Shown: positions 53,085-62,010 of the stretch, one piece after another
How positions within the stretch are numbered: the first letter of the stretch is position 1
How the letters are laid out: every line of letters begins with the position of its first letter
From: an uncultured Holophagae bacterium
Lineage (GTDB): Bacteria; Acidobacteriota; Thermoanaerobaculia; Thermoanaerobaculales; Sulfomarinibacteraceae
Assembly: GCA_963844865.1 (NCBI GenBank)
Contig: CAWJPY010000008.1
Location: 48,959 to 112,958, forward strand
DNA: 64,000 nucleotides
Direction of reading: 5' to 3'
Translations under genes and position numbers: made by a program
Notes under the pieces: model-generated
Database searches by the model: none
The model's input: only the letters and a program-made list of their open reading frames with translations
What the model was told of the DNA's origin: nothing

Positions 53085-53582
53085 CTACTCGACGGGCTGC
53101 CCGGCGCCGCGGCTCTTCGAGCGCTCGATGGACTGCAGGGCCAGGTAGCGGTCGCCGAACCTGGCCATGTTGTCGAGCTCGGTGTCGTACTGGTCGTAGT
53201 GGCGCTCCTCGTCGGCCACCAGGTCCTCGAAGAGCTTCTTCGACACCGAGTCGGCGTTGGCGCCGCACTCGTTGGCCCACTGGTTGTAGTCCCGGGCGCT
53301 GCCCTCCTCCATCTCCCGGGCGCGCTTCAGCATCTGCTCCACGTCGTGGATCTTCTGGACCTCGGCGGAGGCGACCATCTCGACCTCGCCCTTGAGGAAC
53401 AGGATGCGCTCGGCCAGGCGCTCGATGTGCAGCATCTCCTCGATCGCCGTCCGCTTGAAGAGGAGGGCGAGGGGGTCGTAGCCCTGGTCATCGCAATGAA
53501 AGTGGAAGTACATGTACTGGTGGACCGCCGACAGCTCGTCGGCGACCGCCCTGTTCAGCAGCACGACGCTCTTCTCATGCAT
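53085..53582 (-). CDS. bfr: Bacterioferritin
   Basis: ADELSAVHQY, IEEMLH (heme Met), EE..ARDY, DEERH ferroxidase ligands. Confidence 0.9.
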   Translation of the reverse strand: MHEKSVVLLNRAVADELSAVHQYMYFHFHCDDQGYDPLALLFKRTAIEEMLHIERLAERILFLKGEVEMVASAEVQKIHDVEQMLKRAREMEEGSARDYNQWANECGANADSVSKKLFEDLVADEERHYDQYDTELDNMARFGDRYLALQSIERSKSRGAGQPVE

Positions 53583-53816
53583 GGAACCTCACCTCCAGTT
53601 CGGCGCAAGCGCACGATGCCAGCTCGGCGGTTGCCCGTCAACCATCTCCGGGAGTGGCGGGGGCCCCGGGGCCGGAACGTCGCAGGAGAAGGGCGGTCGC
53701 GTCCTCCACGAGACGCCCGCGCATCGTCGGCCCGCGCCGCCTCTCGGCCATGCCGGGGGACGTTCCGCCCCGTCAGACCACCGCAAAGTGCCCAGTGCGT
53801 CGGGCGGAGCGATTGC

Positions 53817-53845
53817 ACATGATTGCAATGTGGTGCCAGGCACCG
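53817..53845. repeat. 29-bp direct repeat, copy A
   Basis: ACATGATTGCAATGTGGTGCCAGGCACCG; 26/29 identical to 57286-57314. Confidence 0.85.
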
Positions 53846-53933
53846 GCGGAGGTCTCCTCGTCGAAGGCGAGCTGACCTCGAGCCGTGGTCGCGGCGCCGG
53901 ATACGAAGGACCGCTCTCCCTCGCCGCCGGTGC

Positions 53934-54347
53934 TCAGTGCTTGCCGGGATCCAGGGGCACTCCTCTCCGCTCGTAGGTGGCGTAGGCCTCGAGGGCGATC
54001 ATCCGTTCATCATCCAAGGGCAGGGTCTCCCCCTCGAGAGGGTTCATGATGCACCAGTTGATCATGTCGCGGAACGCCACCACCCGCCCGAGCTGCTGCT
54101 GGAACTTCGGGTAGGTCTCGGGATGGGTGTTGGCGGCGTTGGGGTGGCACTGCCCGCAGGCCACGCCGTTGGTGCTCAGGTCGGGGCTCCCCCAGAGGGC
54201 GCGTCCCTTGCTGACCACGGTCATGTACTCCTCCTGCCAGCGCTGGACGTCCGCTTGCGTGAACTCGTCGGCCCACACGGCGTAGCCGACCGCGATCAAC
54301 GCGATCACCACCAGGCTGCACGCGATCCAAATGCCTGTCTTCGACAT
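53934..54347 (-). CDS. Small exported monoheme cytochrome c, SoxA/TsdA heme-domain-like
   Basis: Signal/TM; CGQCH; YPKF...FRDMINWCIMNPLEG; MIALEAY. Confidence 0.8.
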   Translation of the reverse strand: MSKTGIWIACSLVVIALIAVGYAVWADEFTQADVQRWQEEYMTVVSKGRALWGSPDLSTNGVACGQCHPNAANTHPETYPKFQQQLGRVVAFRDMINWCIMNPLEGETLPLDDERMIALEAYATYERRGVPLDPGKH

Positions 54348-54361
54348 CGTCCATCCTCCTC

Positions 54362-55438
54362 CTAGTAGTGGATCTGGGGCGCGATCCGCGCGTCCGGCCC
54401 CTGGTAGGCGGTGTCCTCGGGCCGACCCGTCTTCGGGTTGTAGGCGACGGTGCGGTTGGTGTTGTTGTACAGGTTGTACTGCATGGCGACGCGACCGCTG
54501 GTGACGTCGATGAACTGCCAGCCGGTGGCATCGCGCTCGAAGAAGGGGTCCGCGCGGTTCATGGGCACCGTGAGCTTGGGCAGGTGGCTTTCGGCCTGCG
54601 CGTAGCTCTGCGGGTACGGCCACGGCCAGGCGGTGGCCATGACCGCGTGGAACGAGATGTTGCCGATCTGGTTGTACTGGATCTGATGGACATGGCCATA
54701 GATCACGGTGACGTCGTCGAAGGGCCCAAGGAGCGCCTGCACCTCCTCCGCGTCGTCGGTCCAGAAGTTCCAGCCCTTGTAGATCTTCTGAATTGGAGAG
54801 TGGGAGAAGACCACCACGGGCGTGGACTTGGCCACCGCCTCCAGGTCCTTGGCCAGCCACGCGCGCTGCTTCTCTCCCACCATGAACGGTGAGCCGTTGG
54901 GGTTGTCGAGGGCGGCCATCTCCAGCATCCGCCGCTCGGCGGTCGGCCAGCGATCGTGGGTCCACTCGTCGTAGGTGAGGATGCTGTTCAGCACCACGAA
55001 GTGCACGCCCTTGTGGTCGAAGCTGTACCACTGGGGGCCGAAGAGCTGCGACCAGTACTCGCCCAGATCCAGGTAGTAGTCGTGCTCGCCCATCACCATG
55101 TGCGTGTCGTAGGCGAGCTTGGACAGCATGGCGGCGCCGTGGTCGAGCTCCGTCTTGGTGCCGAGCTGGGCGAGGTCGCCGCCGAACATCACGAAGTCGG
55201 GGCGTGGCTGCAGCAGGTTGGCCTCGGCCACGGCGCGGATCAGGCCGCGGTCCCAGTTGCGGACGAAACGGTCCCCCGAAATGTGCTGGATGTGGGCGTC
55301 CGAGATGTAGGCGAAGGTGAAGCTCTGCCGCGGATCCGCGAAGGCGAGCTCGACCATGCTCACGGGGAGCACGCTCGCCGCCGCGACCGCCCCGGCGCCT
55401 TTGATGAAACCGCGTCGGGTGGAGCGATTGTCGGTCAT
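54362..55438 (-). CDS. Tat-exported metallophosphoesterase (calcineurin-like fold)
   Basis: TRRGFIK; motifs SDAH, GGDLAQ, GEHD, FSH, GHVH. Confidence 0.88.
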   Translation of the reverse strand: MTDNRSTRRGFIKGAGAVAAASVLPVSMVELAFADPRQSFTFAYISDAHIQHISGDRFVRNWDRGLIRAVAEANLLQPRPDFVMFGGDLAQLGTKTELDHGAAMLSKLAYDTHMVMGEHDYYLDLGEYWSQLFGPQWYSFDHKGVHFVVLNSILTYDEWTHDRWPTAERRMLEMAALDNPNGSPFMVGEKQRAWLAKDLEAVAKSTPVVVFSHSPIQKIYKGWNFWTDDAEEVQALLGPFDDVTVIYGHVHQIQYNQIGNISFHAVMATAWPWPYPQSYAQAESHLPKLTVPMNRADPFFERDATGWQFIDVTSGRVAMQYNLYNNTNRTVAYNPKTGRPEDTAYQGPDARIAPQIHY

Positions 55439-55449
55439 GGCTGCCTCCT

Positions 55450-56601
55450 CTACTTCCCGCCGGCGGTCTTGCTGGCGCGCTCGGCGAACTGCGGGCTGGT
55501 CAAGGCCTCCATGAAGGCCACCAGGTCGTCGATCTGCTGGTCGGTGAGATCGAGGGGGCGGATGCCACCGGACAGGAAGTCGTTCACCGGATCGCCCTCG
55601 TTGGTCACGCCGCCGTTTTTGTAGTGGACGACAGCGTCGCGCAGCGTCTTGACGCTGCCATCGTGCATGTAGGGTGCCGTGGCTGCGACGTTGCGGAGGG
55701 TCGGAGTCTTGAAGCTACCCAGGTCGTCGAAGTCCTTGGAGATGGCGAACCGTCCCAGCTCCGAGGTCCGTTTGTCGGACAGCACCTTCTGGTCCACCTC
55801 GCTGAGGTTCATCTTGGCCTTCATGAACTCGCCCGCCAGCTCCGGAACACCCTGCTGAATATCATTGATGCCGACCCCGATGTTGTGGAAACGGTTGTCG
55901 GTGAACAGGGCCTGAGTCTGCTCGATGATGTGGCACGACTCGCAGCGTCCCTGGTTGACGAACAGGTCGAAGCCGCGCACCTGTTGCTCGCTGAGGGCGT
56001 TCTTCTCGCCGGCGTAGAAGTAGCGGTCGAAGGGCGAGTCTCCGGCCACCTGGGTGCGCTCGAAGGCGGCGATGGCCTGCGTGACCTCCGTCATCGTGAC
56101 CTGGTCGCCGCTCTTGTCGAAGACTGTCTTGAACGCCGCCACGTACTCAGGGTCCGAACGCACGATCTTCAGGATCGGCTCGTGGTCGGGAAGGCCCATC
56201 TCCACCGGGTTGACGAATGGATGCAGCGACTGGTCCTCCAGGCTCGGCGAGCGCCCGTCCCAGAACTGCGACCCGAAGTAGGCGGCGTTGACCACCGTGG
56301 GCGCGTTGCGCGTCCCGGTCAGCTTGTTGATCCCCTCCGAGGTCACCAGCGGGCTGTCCGTGAAAGCCTTGTCAGCGGCGTGGCAGTTCGCACAGGCGAC
56401 CTCACCGGTGGCGCTGAACCGTTTGTCGTTGAAGAGCTTCTCGCCGAGCGCGATCTTGTCGGCAGTCTGCGGGTTGTCCGCCGGGATCGGGACCGGCGGC
56501 AGGCCCAGCGGCGACGACGGCTCCGGCCCGGCGTTCCCCAGAGCCAGGACCCCGCCCAGGGCAGCCGCGGCGAGGACCACGAATAGGACTGACTTCCTCA
56601 T
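55450..56601 (-). CDS. Diheme bCcP/MauG-superfamily enzyme, MauG/BthA-type
   Basis: CANCH, RNAPT, QFWDGR, Q-x3-P-x5-E, CESCH, FKTPTLRN, YMHDG followed by Tyr 14 residues after the His. Confidence 0.9.
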   Translation of the reverse strand: MRKSVLFVVLAAAALGGVLALGNAGPEPSSPLGLPPVPIPADNPQTADKIALGEKLFNDKRFSATGEVACANCHAADKAFTDSPLVTSEGINKLTGTRNAPTVVNAAYFGSQFWDGRSPSLEDQSLHPFVNPVEMGLPDHEPILKIVRSDPEYVAAFKTVFDKSGDQVTMTEVTQAIAAFERTQVAGDSPFDRYFYAGEKNALSEQQVRGFDLFVNQGRCESCHIIEQTQALFTDNRFHNIGVGINDIQQGVPELAGEFMKAKMNLSEVDQKVLSDKRTSELGRFAISKDFDDLGSFKTPTLRNVAATAPYMHDGSVKTLRDAVVHYKNGGVTNEGDPVNDFLSGGIRPLDLTDQQIDDLVAFMEALTSPQFAERASKTAGGK

Positions 56602-57059
56602 GGGGGCACCTCCCTTCGGTGTTGGTCGCGACACCGGCGACAGGTTCCGCGCAGCTCCACCGCGAAGGACTCGACCTCGAAGCCGTAGGCCGAGGTGTCG
56701 GGGAGAGGCAGTGCGTCCAGCCGCTCGTCGGAGATGTCGACGATGGCATCGCAGTGGAGACAGATCAGGTGATCGTGACGCTCGACGCGCCGGTCGTACC
56801 GAGCGGAGTGTCTCGCGCGGCAGGCCTTGGTGACGGCACGAATGCGAACGAGGTTTCCCGGCGCCCTGTAGACGGTGGTCCGGGAAACGGCGGGCAGCCG
56901 GGGCAGCACCGCCTCATGGGCCCCCTCGGCGGTGGAGCGGCCGGCTATCTCGAGCACCGCCTCGAGGGTCACGCACCGTTGCCGGGTGACCCGCAGCCCT
57001 CGCTCGCCGCACAGCCTCCCCACCGTCTCCAGGCGCTGCTGCGTCGTGGCGGCGTGCAT
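56598..57059 (-). CDS. Fur/PerR-family regulator (divergent)
   Basis: GLRVTRQR, SRTTVYR, HDHLICLHC, CRRC; overlaps the diheme start codon. Confidence 0.8.
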   Translation of the reverse strand: MHAATTQQRLETVGRLCGERGLRVTRQRCVTLEAVLEIAGRSTAEGAHEAVLPRLPAVSRTTVYRAPGNLVRIRAVTKACRARHSARYDRRVERHDHLICLHCDAIVDISDERLDALPLPDTSAYGFEVESFAVELRGTCRRCRDQHRREVPP

Positions 57060-57095
57060 GGCTGTGGTTCCCAGTCTCTCTCGCTAGTCGGTGAC

Positions 57096-57124
57096 AATCT
57101 ATTGCATCTAGCGCGATCGGGCAA
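57096..57124 (-). promoter_or_regulatory. Sigma70-type promoter for the Fur-family operon
   Basis: Minus strand TTGCCC-N17-TAGATT. Confidence 0.4.
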
Positions 57125-57285
57125 CCTCTCAGCGCGTCTGCCGGAGATTCCCACCTCACAACCGGCACGGCGACACCGCTCCTTGTGACACGCCAGGCCC
57201 CTAGTGCGCTGGACGCCGCCGCGGCAGCGGCCGTGCTTCGACTTCGGGCAGCCCATGGTCGCGAACGCGGTGGCGCTGCAGGACA

Positions 57286-57314
57286 ACATTATTGCATTGT
57301 GGTGCCGGGCACCG
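57286..57314. repeat. 29-bp direct repeat, copy B
   Basis: ACATTATTGCATTGTGGTGCCGGGCACCG. Confidence 0.85.
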
Positions 57315-57323
57315 AGGCGGGGG

Positions 57324-58298
57324 TCAGGGCAGGAGGAGGGTCGAGCCCGTGGTCTCGCGGCCCTCCAGGGCGCGGTGCGCCTCGGCGGCGTCGGCGAGGG
57401 CGTAGCGGGCCCCGATCACCACCCGCACGGCGCCGCTGCGGATGACGTCGAACAGCTCCCCGGCTCCCTCCACGAGCTCCTCCCGGGTGGCGGTGTAGTC
57501 CATCATGGTGGGCCGGGTCAGGTAGAGGGACCCCCGCTGCGACAGGACGATGGGTGAGAACGGCGGCACCGGTCCGGAGGCGTTGCCGAAGGAGACCATC
57601 AGCCCACGCCGGGCGAGCGAGCCGAGGGAGCCCTCCCAAGTCGACGCCCCCACCGAGTCGTACACCACCGGCACGCCGTCACCATCGGTAAGCTCCCGCA
57701 CCCGCTTCGTGAAGTCCTCCCGCGTGTAGACGATCGGATGGTCGCAGCCGTGCTCGGCGGCCAGCTCCGCCTTGTCATCGCTGCCCACCGTGCCGATCAC
57801 CGTGGCGCCCAGGTGGCGCGCCCACTGGCAGAGCAGCAGCCCGACGCCTCCGGCCGCCGCATGCACCAGCACTGTTTCACCGCGAGCGATCCGGTGCGTC
57901 TTGCGCGCCAGGTACCAGGCGGTGAGGCCCTTGAGCATCACCGCTGCGGCGATCTCTTCCGCGATGTCGTCGGGCAGCCGCACCAGCTTCGCGGCCGGCG
58001 CCAGCCGGACCTCGGCGTACGCGCCCGGGGGGCCGCCGGCGTAGGCGACGCGGTCGCCCACCGCCACCTCGCTCACACCCTCTCCCACCGCCTCCACCGT
58101 CCCGGCGCCCTCCAGGCCCGGCGTGAACGGCAGGTCCATGGGGTAGAGCCCGGTGCGGTGGTAGACGTCGATGAAGTTCAGCCCGACGGCCGACTGCCGC
58201 ACCCGCGCCTCGCCGGGGCCCGGATCGCCGACCTCCACCTCCTCCAGGCGGAGGACCTCCGGCCCACCCGTCTCCTTGATGCGAATCGCCTTTGCCAT
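57324..58298 (-). CDS. qor: NADPH:quinone oxidoreductase (zeta-crystallin family)
   Basis: GLNFIDVYHRTGLY, PGLEGAG, HAAAGGVG, YDSVG. Confidence 0.95.
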   Translation of the reverse strand: MAKAIRIKETGGPEVLRLEEVEVGDPGPGEARVRQSAVGLNFIDVYHRTGLYPMDLPFTPGLEGAGTVEAVGEGVSEVAVGDRVAYAGGPPGAYAEVRLAPAAKLVRLPDDIAEEIAAAVMLKGLTAWYLARKTHRIARGETVLVHAAAGGVGLLLCQWARHLGATVIGTVGSDDKAELAAEHGCDHPIVYTREDFTKRVRELTDGDGVPVVYDSVGASTWEGSLGSLARRGLMVSFGNASGPVPPFSPIVLSQRGSLYLTRPTMMDYTATREELVEGAGELFDVIRSGAVRVVIGARYALADAAEAHRALEGRETTGSTLLLP

Positions 58299-58337
58299 GT
58301 CGACCTCCCCCGGTCCGCGGCCATCAGGGATATCGTT

Positions 58338-59120
58338 CTAGAACCGGTAGGTGATTCCGGCAAGCCCGAAGTACGATGCCTTGCGGTCCACGATGGGGCT
58401 GTCGGCGGCCTCGTCGCCCAGGAGCGATCCGTTGAGCAGGGTGACCAGGGCGATCCGGCGGTTGACCTGATAGGTGGCGAGCAACCCCAGGGAGACGTTC
58501 GTGGTGGAGGTGCCCCGATAGGCGGGGCGCTCCGGCAGCGCCTCCGACTCCCGCACGCCGTAGTAGTAGTCCACGGTGCTCCCGTCCAGCCACTCCAGGC
58601 CGAGGGCCGGCTGCAGGCGCAGCTTGCCCCCCAACGCCGTCCGCCGGATGAAGAGGTCGACCCCGGCCTGCGTCCCGTCGCTGTTCCCCGAGACGTCCCG
58701 CCGCAGGTGGCCCCCCACGCCCCACCGACGCCGGTTCCAGGCCGCCGCCAGACCCACGTCGATGGCCCCCTTCCGGTCCGCCATGCCGCGCAGGAACGGC
58801 GAGTCCGACTCGTCGTACCCGAGGAAGCGCGGCCCGGCGATGACGGCAAGGGAGAACGGACCGGGATCCGTGAACCGGTAACCGAGACGGATGCCCTGCA
58901 CGAAGAACCGCTCATAGGAGAGCTCCAGGAGCGGGATCACCGTGGTCGTGTTCTCCGCTCCCACGTAAGGCCGCGGCGACGAGATCACGCCGACACCCAG
59001 CGACCACTGCACGCCGCCGCCAGCCCCCGGCGGACCCTGGGCCAACGCCGGCGCACCCCACGCGACCCCCGCGAGCACCGCCACGGCGATCACCAACGAC
59101 CTCCGCACCCTACCGACCAC
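58338..59120 (-). CDS. MipA/OmpV family outer-membrane protein
   Basis: Signal peptide; PRPYVG, LRGMADR, YYYGV, terminal YRF; GTG start with RBS (start uncertain). Confidence 0.85.
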   Translation of the reverse strand: MVGRVRRSLVIAVAVLAGVAWGAPALAQGPPGAGGGVQWSLGVGVISSPRPYVGAENTTTVIPLLELSYERFFVQGIRLGYRFTDPGPFSLAVIAGPRFLGYDESDSPFLRGMADRKGAIDVGLAAAWNRRRWGVGGHLRRDVSGNSDGTQAGVDLFIRRTALGGKLRLQPALGLEWLDGSTVDYYYGVRESEALPERPAYRGTSTTNVSLGLLATYQVNRRIALVTLLNGSLLGDEAADSPIVDRKASYFGLAGITYRF

Positions 59121-59227
59121 AGCCGCCCCCCTCCAGCGAGCCGGGCTCGCATCCTTCGGGCGGGAAAGGTCCCGGGACGTCCCCGGCATTCCCTCCGACT
59201 CCGCGGGGCGGCGGGACCGCGACCGCG

Positions 59228-59707
59228 TCAGTGGTGGTGCGAGCCGTCGTGGACGTGCCCATGGGCGAGCTCCTCCTCGGTGGCTTCCCGCACCTCGGTG
59301 ACCTCCACGGCGAAGTTGAGGTCCTTGCCCGCCAGGGGGTGGTTGGCGTCCAGCACCACCGTGTCGTCGCTCACCGCGTTGATGGTGAGGACCACCGGCT
59401 CGCTCGCTCCCTGGGCCATCACCTGGTTGCCGACCTCGAGGTCCACCTCGTCGTCGAAGCGGGAGCGTTCGACCTCGTACAGCAGGTCCGAGCGGTGCTC
59501 CCCGTAGGCCTCGGCCGCGGGCACGTCGAGCTCGACCTTGGCCCCCGTCTCCAGCCCTTCGAGCTGGCGCTCCAGGCCGGGGATGATCTGGTCATGACCG
59601 TGCAGGTAGGTGAGGGGCTCGCGCCCCTGGGACGAATCCAACACCTCACCGGTGTCATCGGTCAGGGTGTAGTTGAAGCTGACAGCCGCATCCTTGGCGA
59701 TCTTCAT
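59228..59707 (-). CDS. slyD: FKBP-type peptidyl-prolyl isomerase SlyD
   Basis: VSFNYTL, YLHGHDQIIPGLE, LDANHPLAG, His-rich tail. Confidence 0.95.
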   Translation of the reverse strand: MKIAKDAAVSFNYTLTDDTGEVLDSSQGREPLTYLHGHDQIIPGLERQLEGLETGAKVELDVPAAEAYGEHRSDLLYEVERSRFDDEVDLEVGNQVMAQGASEPVVLTINAVSDDTVVLDANHPLAGKDLNFAVEVTEVREATEEELAHGHVHDGSHHH

Positions 59708-59817
59708 GTGGGCTCTCCTTTCGCCCGCCCGGGCCGAAAGGAGGCCGCGACCGCCCCCCGGGCCGAACCAGCCGCAGTAGTCTATCCTGGAGGTCAACCC
59801 CCAGTCGGAGGAGCACA

Positions 59818-60441
59818 GTGAAGGATCCCTATCGGCGAATTGCTCGCTTTTACGACGTCTTCGTGGAACCCCCCAACGCCGCCCTGCGGTCCATCGCCCT
59901 GAGCATGGCGCCGCCGACCGCCGGCATGAGGGTGCTGGACGTGGGCTGTGGGACCGGCGGCAACATGGAACGATACCAGCGGAAAGGCTGTCGGGTCTTC
60001 GGCATCGACCCGTCGCCGTCGATGATCGACGTCGCCCGCTCCAAGCTCGGTGGGCACGCCGAGCTCGAGCTGGGGAGCGCCGCCGACATGCCCTACGGAG
60101 ACTCGTCCTTCGACCTCGTGACCGCGTTCCTGACCCTCCACGAGATCCCCCACCACGCGCGCGACGACGTGGTGGCCGAGATGACGCGGGTGGTCTCCCC
60201 CGACGGCCGGCTGGTGCTGGTGGACTACCGGAAGGGGAACATCAGCTTCCCCAGGGGCTGGATGTTCAAGCTGGTCATCCTGGCCCTCGAGCTCGGCGCC
60301 GGCCGTCGTCACTTCGCGAGCTATCGCGACTTCATGGCCCGCGACGGCCTGCCCGGCCTGCTGGCCGAGCACTCCCTGAGGGCGGTGGACGAGAAGGTCG
60401 TCAGCGCCGGGAACATGCACGCCCTGGTGGTGCGCGCCTGA
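59818..60441 (+). CDS. Class I SAM-dependent methyltransferase (UbiE-like)
   Basis: VLDVGCGTG, GIDPS, SFDLV, LHEI. Confidence 0.9.
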   Translation: MKDPYRRIARFYDVFVEPPNAALRSIALSMAPPTAGMRVLDVGCGTGGNMERYQRKGCRVFGIDPSPSMIDVARSKLGGHAELELGSAADMPYGDSSFDLVTAFLTLHEIPHHARDDVVAEMTRVVSPDGRLVLVDYRKGNISFPRGWMFKLVILALELGAGRRHFASYRDFMARDGLPGLLAEHSLRAVDEKVVSAGNMHALVVRA

Positions 60442-60515
60442 GTCGTCCCCCGCGGCGGCGAGGCGATGTGTCGAGAAATGGTAGGATCGCTGTCACCAGA
60501 GAAGAGGAGGAGCCC

Positions 60516-61046
60516 ATGCGAACACCCCTGGCTTTGCGTTGTCTCATCATCGTCGGCCTCGCCGTCTCCATCGCGAGCCCATCCGCGGCCGATGTGCTCT
60601 GGAGCTGGCAGTTCGGGACCGAGCAGGGGACGTTCACCACCGACGGCACCCTGGCGGACACCTCGGCAGCCGGGAGCTTCACCATCTCCAACTTCCAGAT
60701 CACCGCATCGACGTACCCATCGCACGTGGGAGCCGCCTACTACGAGACCCAGGCGCCCCAGGGGTTCCTGTGGGACGGGTCCGTTCCGACCCAATTCTGG
60801 CGCGCCGGCGGCATCTTCACCAACGGCTCCAACTTCTTCCTGGTGATGAACGACTGGATCTACCTGTTCCTCCCCGCATCCGGCATCGTGCGCAATGCGG
60901 ACGAGGATGACGTCTACTCCGCGGCGCTGACCTTGACCCCGCTGCGCGAGCAGCTGACGCCCGCCGTGCCCGCGCTCTCCCCCTGGGGGCTCGGTCTGCT
61001 GTCGCTGATGATGGCAGGCGCCGGCGCCTGGCTGCTGCGCCGCTGA
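60516..61046 (+). CDS. Secreted protein with IPTL-CTERM-like sorting tail
   Basis: Signal peptide; C-terminal AVPALSPWGLGLLSLMMAGAGAWLLRR. Confidence 0.8.
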   Translation: MRTPLALRCLIIVGLAVSIASPSAADVLWSWQFGTEQGTFTTDGTLADTSAAGSFTISNFQITASTYPSHVGAAYYETQAPQGFLWDGSVPTQFWRAGGIFTNGSNFFLVMNDWIYLFLPASGIVRNADEDDVYSAALTLTPLREQLTPAVPALSPWGLGLLSLMMAGAGAWLLRR

Positions 61047-61103
61047 GCCACCCTCGGGTGGTACGGGCCGCCGCCCCGGCCACCGTGGCAACATTGCGTT
61101 GCC

Positions 61104-61926
61104 ATGGTTGACGGCTCGTCCACCCGCCCCACGCCCCGGCCGGTCACTCTCTACGCCAAGGAGGGCCTCGTGGCCGGCCGTGTGCTCCGCCGCTACCAGC
61201 GCTTCCTGTGCGACGTGGAGCTGGCCGGCGGGGACCTCGTCGTCGCCCACTGCGCCAACACCGGCACCATGGCGACCTGCTGGTCTCCCGGCGATCTCGT
61301 CCTGTTGGAGCCCAACCACAACCCGCGCCGCAAGTTGCACTGCGACTGGATCTGCAGCCGCCGCGACGGCCACTGGGTGGGCGTGCACACCGCGATCCCG
61401 AACCGGGTGGTGGAGGAGGCCGCCCGCCGGGACCTGCTGCCGGGCCTGCCCGGCCTCCATGACGTGCGTCGCGAGGTCCCCTACGGGGTCGAGCACAGCC
61501 GCATCGACGTTCTCGCCGCCGACTCGGCCGGACGCCGGGTCTACATCGAGGTCAAGAACACCACCCTGCGCGACACCGACGGCGGCGAGGCGCTGGTGCG
61601 CTTCCCCGACGCCGTCACCGTGCGCGGCGCCAAGCACCTGCGCGAGCTGCGCGCCGTGGCGCTGGAGGGGCACCGCGCCGCGGTCGTGTTCTTCGTGCAC
61701 CGCGACGACGTGACCGCCTTCGACGTGGCCTCCCGCATCGACCCCGAGTACGCCTCCGAGCTCGAGCGGGCCGTGGCCGCCGGCGTCCAGCATCCTGCCG
61801 GTGCAGGCCACGATGGACGTCTCCTCCGACGAGGCGGAGCGCTGGACCGTGGGGTGGTCCCTGGCCGGGCTGCTGCCGTGGCGGCGGGACGTTTCCGGGC
61901 GCCGGAGCCGCGACGACGCGCCCTGA
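61104..61926 (+). CDS. sfsA: DNA/RNA nuclease SfsA (frameshift near 61790)
   Basis: RRYQRFL, AHCANTG, SRIDV, IEVKN, FPDAVTVRGAKHL. Confidence 0.93.
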
Positions 61927-62010
61927 GACGGGTCGTATCTCGCCCGCCGGGTTGTACAATGTCCCCAGCACCTCACGACACCGAAGAACCCGCTTGGTTG
62001 GGAGGACGAC

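Noticed and set aside
54362-55438. SoxB ortholog or a Sox pathway
   Set aside because: Too short, lacks the 5'-nucleotidase C-terminal domain, and no soxXYZ genes are present
55450-56601. Canonical cytochrome c peroxidase, or MauG itself
   Set aside because: Tyr rather than Met at the axial position argues against CcP; there are no mau genes and no Trp just before the second CxxCH as in MauG
53817-57314. Sigma54 promoters in the 29-bp repeats (TGGCAC...TTGC)
   Set aside because: GG-to-GC spacing is 9 nt rather than the strict 10; the hairpin copies give GG-N10-GG
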